From contig NZ_JAVRBM010000030.1 of the NCBI RefSeq assembly GCF_034531255.1, positions 8,047-29,655 of the forward strand: DNA of 21,609 nucleotides. Direction: 5' to 3'. Below are positions 9,001 to 13,930 of this stretch, in pieces; position 1 is the first letter of the stretch; each line of letters opens with the position of its first letter. The translations under genes were made by a program, and so were the position numbers. Below the pieces are notes generated by a model. It worked only from the letters and a program-made list of their open reading frames with translations, searched no databases and had not been told where the DNA came from. The stretch comes from Nostoc sp. ChiQUE01b. GTDB taxonomy: Bacteria > Cyanobacteriota > Cyanobacteriia > Cyanobacteriales > Nostocaceae.

Positions 9001-9007
9001 CATCCAA
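3062..9007 (-). CDS. Giant fusion protein: N6-adenine DNA methyltransferase, low-complexity linker, SNF2/strawberry-notch-like helicase and a long C-terminal extension (P1 DarB-like architecture)
   Basis: Single 1981-codon ORF.
- Methyltransferase: motif I is VYEPSAGHGALLLG (aa 116-129) and motif IV is NPPF (nt 8485-8474).
- Helicase: Walker A is GDQTGIGKGR (7336-7307), DExH is LDESHEAGG (DESH 6952-6941), and motif VI is QMLGRVHRTGQ (about 5761-5729).
- Start: the only start candidate after the upstream stop is TTG at 9007. There is no in-frame ATG before the NPPF motif, and the first in-frame GTG (codon 25) lies inside the conserved N-terminal region. Confidence 0.9.
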   Translation of the reverse strand: MDALTEHFASGGRFSTITEARAFAVPYIGEYVSPGSPLAKQVDEVVESALVRVAQDIVTGAATPQDAYRQLVELHNRQPALNVRSSTSVAQQAYSTPLPIAYLASVLAGVNSDTTVYEPSAGHGALLLGATPDKVTVNELNPARAGDLREQGYTVTEADASRFTPSQLHDVVIMNPPFGTVDASPGRPKQFQFGKFQTTQIDHAIALQGLSAMKPDGRAVLILGGKLGMDEDIRSDRYNSRESRGFYYTLYQNFNVVDHFSIFGNLYRKQGAGFPIDMIVIDGRGKSDRRLPAADVPRLYRTFDELGEFLDDVLSRSERVVAPGGGASFHSASTSERNPVESEPLSGTAVPSLGMADRDVDGGGGSVGRGDTRDAPSEDAPVLNLSAQTDVTGDTPHAPRDTGMADSLGAVPGVRERHYRIAAAISGNLVSGAGGNEQRTDRTTTVEIQHAGRTADTGGVADRNNRPATTVEQPKQLPYHPKSGARAIGTLVPANMQTGVNQALLKLERQVAELDAYVADRLAYGTTEELHQHFSAEQVDAIALAVSNLEKGGGFILGDQTGIGKGRVVAGMIRYANVTGRTPIFVTKDPALYADMIRDLEDIGMPRFNPLVTNPDLTLPLPDGRTLSTNTKQHHQVLKRIQADGDLGRYDAIFTTYSQLQTVKRQEPYRRDFLRQFAPNSLVILDESHEAGGSNNKNAKSAGASNRADFVRELVQRSLGVVYSSATYAKNPQVMDLYSRTDMRLALSNMANLTELVASGGVPLQQTLASMLTESGQYIRRERSFEGVRFDSVVAPVNHDVAENISLIMAEIMEFDRLKQDVVEGMDKDLKAEAKRAFGDNATGAAGATSTNFTSLMHNIVDQMLFALKAEETVQQSLSLLRQPEPEKPVLALSNTMGSMIGRQAEMLDLRPGDTLDADFGTILHRYLDRSRDVILGNPYGEKTCHRLTDEELGIAATARYHAIQDLINETDFSQIPVSPIDYITFRLNQEGYRVGEVTGREHIALYNADGTTVYQRRGNAERSKEAAVRTVNAFNDGQLDVILLNRSGSTGISLHASERFRDQRQRHMIVAQPEADINSFMQMLGRVHRTGQVVPPNFTLLMADIPAEKRPGAVLARKMASLNANTTAARSGAFSLENVPDFMNEYGDRVIIELMKAYPDIHERLDYPLQASHNPLHGTLSAGDSIRKVTGRIPLLPIAEQSALYDLIEKKYTEFVATQEAMGESILEASTLNLDAKTLARMEVLPSDANSHSPFTGAVYAEIVDVKTPRKPYTTLMVVQKLHDSLGLSPPDTVTDATQSSIQQASCEQVKADIEALEEQARQYKLQVPADRSSTIDNQFYQVTHMMQALTVGQAVCLTTEKNDVFYGVVAGVNHTGVAANPVAPSSWEIRLLLADSVQELSLPLSQVNTGKENAVRVEGTDKTPEGTAVYDLFDYYQTRTREKRQMFTGNLLRAWEKFPGKMVNFTDAHGNIRQGLLTSRGFDAEAALEQMGVTMPTVEDAWRFLTEQGGQLKTADKHLTIKLGQGGTFLLQTPKAKDAGGKYYLDEELLEAAGAEFYSVGDRMECLVDGEALEAVLAFVMRERDYALAAYEQREAARAMLGIALGTFAEVAEMPVAVPETPSPVPEPDMESGISTDSVNKLPSAITPPAAQRGTPEKNIAKLLERGGLSSTVMKGEEFHHKIENEPFIPLVIERHDDRLYLTHYLTENGDTFINSEMIFTIDTDGGLTLAETAVTSLGREWRNCDRSYATTFSRNLLHQGFGEAMRKQLSLNSQTRGEREFTFTDSEEQSLENPALALTFSISSQSETIPENSLPEANEENAEASDALSIQTWLQAVRDLGLESERRHHMQTLENAQESAPLSRYLQNIIEGDLAKYRPYQERGQVLLETVQLLLATEAQLDIWGGVSLKHGRYECTQQGDKLTVQARTGSKAETILQVNGDSLERTTVREKDVEHFLKLAEHSGVQFMQEISALKQR

Positions 9008-9195
9008 AAATGCAGACGTGACACGTTACCTCTGAAAATATTGATGTGATGAATAATTTCAATTAATAAAAAATAAAGAAAAATTGCAATAAAAATCATC
9101 AATTGCGGCAGACGATACCACCAGAAATCAGAGAGAAGCTTGAACGTGCATGTCTGGCACACTTCACTCTGAATTTCTAGGGTATCTGCTTAAAA

Positions 9196-9579
9196 TCAAG
9201 GCAAAGTTGGATGAATCATGCCATTTGCTGCAAGACTGTTAGCAATCCAATAAACACCTGTGTGATGAAATTTTCCTTGTTCTGCTAATTGTTGAACTTC
9301 TGCAATAATCACATCACAGTCTTCATCGCTTAATACAGCCCCATAAACACCACAGTCTCGACGGACAAAATCACGGGTTACATAATCAATCTCTCTCCTA
9401 TCAGTAATATTGATGACTGAATATAATTCATCAATTTCTGCTGAAGAAAGAGGAGAAACATTTATAAAATGGTCAGGAAATATTTCTGCCATATCCATAT
9501 TCTCTGCTTGTTGTTGAAACAACCGTAAAGACGCAAGGATGGTGGCTATTTCCCTTTTACGAAGTTGGTTTGTATTCAT
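9196..9579 (-). CDS. Hypothetical protein (127 aa from the internal ATG)
   Basis: The track ORF is 9196..9669. ATG at 9579 (MNTNQLRKRE..) is preceded by GAGGCGAGG and avoids overlap with the upstream gene. I recognised no family. Confidence 0.55.
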   Translation of the reverse strand: MNTNQLRKREIATILASLRLFQQQAENMDMAEIFPDHFINVSPLSSAEIDELYSVINITDRREIDYVTRDFVRRDCGVYGAVLSDEDCDVIIAEVQQLAEQGKFHHTGVYWIANSLAANGMIHPTLP

Positions 9580-9604
9580 TGTGAAAACCTCGCCTCGATA
9601 TTTT

Positions 9605-9850
9605 TCAAAAAGGAACATCGAGTGCTGACAGCAGCGCAAAGCACTCATCAAAAGAGCCAAAAAACACATTGTCTGCTTGATAACCCTCGATTATTTTTAA
9701 GACTTTCTCTTCCGTTTGGATGAGCGAGAAAACCTCTTTTTCATCAGTGTCATCAACATCAGGCATTTCATAGCTGCAAGCGGGACATTCTATGGGAGAA
9801 TCCGCTAAATCAAATTCATGTCTACAAAAAGGACATATCATGGCATTCAA
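9605..9850 (-). CDS. Small zinc-ribbon protein (81 aa)
   Basis: The N-terminus has CPFC..(13 aa)..CPAC, followed by an acidic tail. It is co-oriented and tightly packed with its neighbours, and overlaps the upstream gene by 29 nt. Confidence 0.55.
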   Translation of the reverse strand: MNAMICPFCRHEFDLADSPIECPACSYEMPDVDDTDEKEVFSLIQTEEKVLKIIEGYQADNVFFGSFDECFALLSALDVPF

Positions 9851-10241
9851 AAAGGTTTAATTGTCTGCTTGAAATCTCCTGTGGATGCTCCTTCTCGATA
9901 GCGTCATAGGCTAACGTCAGGCTGATAATCATGTCGTTCCACCATGCGGGAGGGGTTTTTGTGGTTTTGACCTCTTCCACATAGAAATTGATATGCTCAA
10001 AAGATGCCAATAAAGCTGTATAACAATCAAAAGCCAGATGGTTTAAACGCTCTATAATACGTCTTTTGGTCGCTGCTTTTGCTGTTATCCAATAAATACT
10101 ATGCCAGGTGTCATCGTATTGTTTGGCATAAGAAATGGCTAAGGCTAGTTGCTCTTTAGCAGAGGTAATAAAGGTATTATCATCCTCTAATTCTTTCAAT
10201 TGATCGAGAGCGCAAGCCATACAACAATAAGAAGAGTGCAT
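9822..10241 (-). CDS. Hypothetical helical protein (139 aa)
   Basis: The ORF is the second gene of a four-gene minus-strand cluster. I recognised no family. Confidence 0.5.
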   Translation of the reverse strand: MHSSYCCMACALDQLKELEDDNTFITSAKEQLALAISYAKQYDDTWHSIYWITAKAATKRRIIERLNHLAFDCYTALLASFEHINFYVEEVKTTKTPPAWWNDMIISLTLAYDAIEKEHPQEISSRQLNLFECHDMSFL

Positions 10242-10262
10242 TTTGAACGTCTCCTCTTCTCA

Positions 10263-10715
10263 TCAAGAAAAATTAGTCTTGTCCTCCCTTAAAACTTCTT
10301 CCAGTGCCCGTTTAACTGCTGTCTCATGGTCTGGAAGCTGTTTTTTGATAAGAGAGATAACCCACTGTGTTCCTTTCCCTCTTCCAGTGAGTTGAATTGA
10401 TGAATCAATAACGCCAACGTCTTGAAGATGAGAGGCAACTTTCCTGGCTTTTTCAAGGGTTAAATGCCTGACAGTTTCTATGGCATCAGGTTGAATATGT
10501 CCAGCATTAGGTATTTCCTGAACGTCTTTTTCTTCTTCGGTTCTTATTTCGGCTTCCTGTGGTTTTTTAACAGGTTCAACAAAGGACACGGGTTTTTGTA
10601 CTGTTGAAATGGCAGAACCAGCAGAAGCAGGCGTATAAAAAAGCCAGCAGTAGAACGAAAAAATAATTACAAAAAGTTCTACAGCGAAGCCAGAACCAGT
10701 TTCGATATGTGACAT
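10263..10715 (-). CDS. Hypothetical membrane-anchored protein (150 aa from the internal ATG)
   Basis: ATG at 10715 is preceded by GAGGAA. The hydrophobic segment FAVELFVIIFSFYCWLFYTPA looks like one N-terminal transmembrane helix, followed by a charged linker and a C-terminal globular part. The track ORF extends to 10742. Confidence 0.55.
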   Translation of the reverse strand: MSHIETGSGFAVELFVIIFSFYCWLFYTPASAGSAISTVQKPVSFVEPVKKPQEAEIRTEEEKDVQEIPNAGHIQPDAIETVRHLTLEKARKVASHLQDVGVIDSSIQLTGRGKGTQWVISLIKKQLPDHETAVKRALEEVLREDKTNFS

Positions 10716-10796
10716 GGTGCATTCCTCAATATTTTGAATCACGATACTGAAGCGATGAAAACAAAATTGAACCCAAAATATCGTGTTATTGGGTAT

Positions 10797-10830
10797 GAAA
10801 AAATAACTGTCTGCAATAGAAGGCAGACAG
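10797..10830 (-). terminator. Intrinsic-terminator-like hairpin on the minus strand, upstream of the small-gene cluster
   Basis: CTGTCTGC (10807-10814) and GCAGACAG (10823-10830) form a perfect 8-bp stem with an 8-nt loop. On the minus strand the stem is followed by TTATTTTTTC (complement of 10806-10797). Confidence 0.4.
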
Positions 10831-11108
10831 AGTACGCTGAAAAAGAATCAAGCGAATTTTAAGAAACTGTGCGCTTATTTAATGAGAAATACAATTTCTG
10901 ATTAACACAAATAAATCTTGATATTTTTATCTCTTAGTTGAATGGTATTTATGATATATTTCTGCTTTCTTAGGTATAGAAAACGGAGCAATAATTTTAT
11001 CTTTTCTTCTTTGGCTTTTTGTGGTTTTTTCGTGAGCAGTTCTGCCTATCAGGAGTCAGTTTGCCCACGAAAATAACTCCTCTTCCTGTCCTGCTTCAAC
11101 AGGTGAGA

Positions 11109-11930
11109 ATGCTTCGGAAAAAAATTGTCCAGCTTGAGGCGGAAGGGTTGTGTCTGTTCGGCGCATGGTTGGAAAAGAACCGTCCAGGCAGTGTCCGAAG
11201 CCGCAGGCAGGTGTACTGGCAGCTTCGTTGCCGCACGGGCACATTACCCAATCGCAAGCAGTTGATGCATCTGGACAAAGAACAAGTCCCTATCTACCAA
11301 CAGGCAATTGCGAGAGGCAGGAAGATAAAGGCTTGCCAGCGACAGATACGGGATACCGAGCGTCGCATAGAAAGGCTGGTAGCGCGAGCCGAGCAACGCG
11401 GGATTGTGGTGCGTAATGTGTTGGGCGACCCCGATGCTTCGCCAGAATGGTACACACCTCCTGGCTATATTTCCCTTGTCCGCCAAGTGTTAGGGCATAT
11501 TGACCTTGACCCTGCAAGCAACAGCATGGCACAGGCGTGGATTCAGGCAGATGTTTACTACACGAAACAAGATGACGGTTTGCGGCAGCCGTGGTTTGGG
11601 CGCGTCTGGTGCAACCCACCCTACGGCAGTCCCGAAACCCGCTTGATGGCGCAACAGTTTCTGGAGAAAGCGATCGCGGCATATCAGGATGGTATGGTTG
11701 TGGCGGTAATCCTGCTCCTCAACCGCACAGGGGCAGCATGGTACAAGACTTTGCAACAACAGGTCACTGCTCTGTGCGAAGTGACGAAGCGGATAGCTTT
11801 CTTAGATGAAAATGGCGTACCCCAACCATCGCCCCGTTACTACAGCGACTTTTTATACCTGGGTCAAGAGCCAGAGCGGTTTCTGGATATCTTTAGCAGC
11901 ATTGGCACGGTACGGCAACTTGCACCCTAA
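11109..11930 (+). CDS. Phage-type DNA N6-adenine methyltransferase (Dam family, PF05869-like) with an N-terminal extension of about 95 aa
   Basis: The sequence PEWYTPPGYISLVRQVLGHIDLDPASN..DGLRQPWFGRVWCNPPYG..VILLLNRTGAAWY..KRIAFLD matches the EWYTP / DLDP / NPPY / R-x-x-F layout of this family. ATG 11109 is preceded by AGGTGAGA. The track start, TTG 11019, is an alternative. Confidence 0.8.
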   Translation: MLRKKIVQLEAEGLCLFGAWLEKNRPGSVRSRRQVYWQLRCRTGTLPNRKQLMHLDKEQVPIYQQAIARGRKIKACQRQIRDTERRIERLVARAEQRGIVVRNVLGDPDASPEWYTPPGYISLVRQVLGHIDLDPASNSMAQAWIQADVYYTKQDDGLRQPWFGRVWCNPPYGSPETRLMAQQFLEKAIAAYQDGMVVAVILLLNRTGAAWYKTLQQQVTALCEVTKRIAFLDENGVPQPSPRYYSDFLYLGQEPERFLDIFSSIGTVRQLAP

Positions 11931-12005
11931 TTTTTAAACGCCCTCTCCCACACTCTTAAAGAAAAGGGTGAAAATAGGGCGCGGACAGCCGCGCAAGAAT
12001 GGATG

Positions 12006-12164
12006 TGCCAGAGGCGCGGGCTGGGTCAAGGACAAGCCCTGCGGGTGCGCGGGGGGTCTCCCCAATTTTTTGCTTTCAGTATGTGACAAACACCGTGTCG
12101 CAAAAAACCGGGAGATACCCCTCCCCCCGCGCATCCTTGACCCAACCCTTCATCGCCCCTGGCA
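12006..12164 (-). other. Extended imperfect GC-rich hairpin (candidate single-strand initiation, single-strand promoter or secondary oriT-like element)
   Basis: The nested complementary arms are:
- 12006-12016 with 12154-12164 (10 of 11 bp).
- 12022-12032 with 12134-12144 (11 of 11 bp).
- 12046-12056 with 12123-12133 (11 of 11 bp).
- 12058-12062 with 12110-12114 (5 of 5 bp).
- 12066-12073 with 12100-12107 (8 of 8 bp).
Only the left arm has a bulge, 13 nt at 12033-12045. The element lies in the 276-nt non-coding spacer directly upstream of ardA. Confidence 0.6.
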
Positions 12165-12206
12165 AGCACAGAAGCATGAGCGAGAAAAAAAGAAAGGAAC
12201 TTAGCC

Positions 12207-12749
12207 ATGCTGAAGACGAAAAACAATAACAAAGCAGACCCGCAAATCTACATAGCTTGCCTTGCTGCTTATAATGCAGGGTATCTGCATGGGGAATGGG
12301 TGGATGCTACCCAGGATATTGACATCATCAGGAAAGAGATTAGCAGAATTCTAGAAACGTCTCCCGTAGCAGATGCTGAAGAGTACGCGATCCATGATTA
12401 TGATGAATTCTACAGTGCAGAGAGCATACTAGGCGAATATCCCAACCTTGAAGAAGTGGTTAAAGCCGCTGAATTTATTGCCGAACATGGAGAATTAGCC
12501 GGAAAGCTAATTGCTCACTATGGTGATCTTACGGAAGCCCTCGAAGCAATGGAAGAACGTTATCACGGGTGTTACCGAAGCCTAGCCGACTATGCTGAAC
12601 AATTCACTGAAGATACCTCAAGTGACATCCCTAAGCACCTGCAATACTACATCGACTACAAAAAAATGGCGCGGGACTGGGAATATAGCGGCGACATTTT
12701 CACCATAGAACTGGGTTTTGAAGAAGTCCACGTTTTTTCAAATCACTAA
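12207..12749 (+). CDS. ardA: Antirestriction protein ArdA (DNA-mimic inhibitor of type I restriction)
   Basis: The sequence PQIYIACLAAYNAGYLHGEWVD..EEYAIHDYDEF..YYIDYKKMARDW..VHVF matches the ArdA (PF07275) signature. AAAGGAA lies upstream of the ATG. The protein is acidic. Confidence 0.85.
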   Translation: MLKTKNNNKADPQIYIACLAAYNAGYLHGEWVDATQDIDIIRKEISRILETSPVADAEEYAIHDYDEFYSAESILGEYPNLEEVVKAAEFIAEHGELAGKLIAHYGDLTEALEAMEERYHGCYRSLADYAEQFTEDTSSDIPKHLQYYIDYKKMARDWEYSGDIFTIELGFEEVHVFSNH

Positions 12750-12828
12750 CAAGAATGGGGCTGCCAATCACCACAACCGCAGCCCCACCTCCTAAACATC
12801 ACTACAAATTTTTAGGAAGTCTCCACAC

Positions 12829-13311
12829 ATGAAAACCTTTCCCAATTTTCAGACCTATAAAATGTTTCGCCTGTCCAATTTTGGCATGAGAACCGCCCGT
12901 TATGCCTTCAGCCGAATGAAAGCAGAACAGACTATAACAGCATTACCCTATCCCACTGCATCACTGGAGCATAACACTTGCTTTGTATGGAAAGGATTTA
13001 CCATTCACATTCAGGTTTTTTATGACGAGGATGCAGATTACTCCTGGCTTGGTCAATTCTCCGACACGCCAAAAGAAGATGCTATTCCCCATGAGCCAGG
13101 AAACCACCGTACCTACAATTATTTCAACCGAGCTTGCACGATTACTGAGTATCAAGAAGAGTACAGCCGATTGGGGTATGCACAGCATGAAAGCTGGCTT
13201 TTAGCTAAAAAAGCAGTGCAAGAAGACTACAAGCGGATGCTTCACTATAACGAATCTGGAAGCCCCTACATTGAATTAACGGCAAGCAAAGAGAACATCA
13301 CCCCTTGGTGA
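12829..13311 (+). CDS. Hypothetical protein, apparently split by a frameshift (the coding signal continues in another frame to 13432)
   Basis: The 160-aa ORF has AGGAAG upstream of the ATG. After TGA 13309-13311, the frame shifted by +1 stays open from 13280 to TAA 13430-13432. That frame reads GEATISIADWDYVQETIIDDDLVEAAIADAEQNLKQLCTCL and has no start codon of its own. Confidence 0.55.
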   Translation: MKTFPNFQTYKMFRLSNFGMRTARYAFSRMKAEQTITALPYPTASLEHNTCFVWKGFTIHIQVFYDEDADYSWLGQFSDTPKEDAIPHEPGNHRTYNYFNRACTITEYQEEYSRLGYAQHESWLLAKKAVQEDYKRMLHYNESGSPYIELTASKENITPW

Positions 13312-13474
13312 AGCGACTATCAGCATTGCTGATTGGGATTACGTGCAAGAGACAATTATTGATGACGACCTGGTTGAAGCAGCGATCGCTGACGCTGAAC
13401 AGAATTTGAAACAGCTTTGTACCTGTTTGTAATGAAATCAATTTTCCATGACTTTTATCTAAAGGAATCCTAAA

Positions 13475-13807
13475 ATGACTAAAATCACCTCCCCCACCAA
13501 ACGTGAAATCCTGGAACAAGAAATTTTATCTGTTTTCAGAACATTTGACAGCAACGCTTCTCCCCTGCTGGTCAAAGAGATTGCCGAATGCGCCATAAAC
13601 TTCTTTTATGACCCGGATAAAGCTATAGCAATTGTTTGGAGTATAGAAGATATAAATGCTATCCGAGAAGACCTTAATGATGAACAAGCATTTATGGTTT
13701 TGGAAGATGCCTATAACAATTATGTCGAAGATAGTCCTATAACGTGGAAAGTTTTGAAATTCGTAGCTGATGATTTGTTTCCACGGGAAGAAGCAGAAGA
13801 AACATGA
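13475..13807 (+). CDS. Small, strongly acidic hypothetical protein (110 aa)
   Basis: AAAGGAA lies upstream of the ATG. By my count there are about 24 D/E against 10 K/R. I recognised no family. Confidence 0.6.
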   Translation: MTKITSPTKREILEQEILSVFRTFDSNASPLLVKEIAECAINFFYDPDKAIAIVWSIEDINAIREDLNDEQAFMVLEDAYNNYVEDSPITWKVLKFVADDLFPREEAEET

Positions 13808-13930
13808 AACGCTTTTACCGCAGCAAGTTTTTTAGAACCTACCAAGAAGTATTTCAGGCAACACCTGATGATGTAGAATTTGATGCTTTGATAAATTATT
13901 AATTCTAATAATATTAAAAAGGATAGCCTT

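Noticed and set aside
11019-11108. TTG 11019 as the start of the Dam-like gene, and the 60-130-aa ORFs overlapping it
   Set aside because: The first 30 codons (MWFFREQFCLSGVSLPTKITPLPVLLQQVR) have no homology signal and begin in the AT-rich spacer. ATG 11109, with an adjacent AGGTGA, is preferred. The overlapping ORFs are shadow frames.
12137-12165. TTGACC box in the hairpin stem as the -35 of a canonical or single-strand promoter for ardA
   Set aside because: The hexamer 17 nt downstream is TGGCAA, and there is no TAnnnT nearby. A promoter call is not supported by sequence alone, so it is kept only as a hypothesis within the hairpin finding.
11934-12232. Four overlapping 66-78-aa ORFs on both strands in the Dam-ardA spacer
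   Set aside because: They mutually overlap and are R/G/P/C-rich. None has a ribosome-binding site. The region is better explained by the nested inverted repeats. I treat it as non-coding structured DNA.
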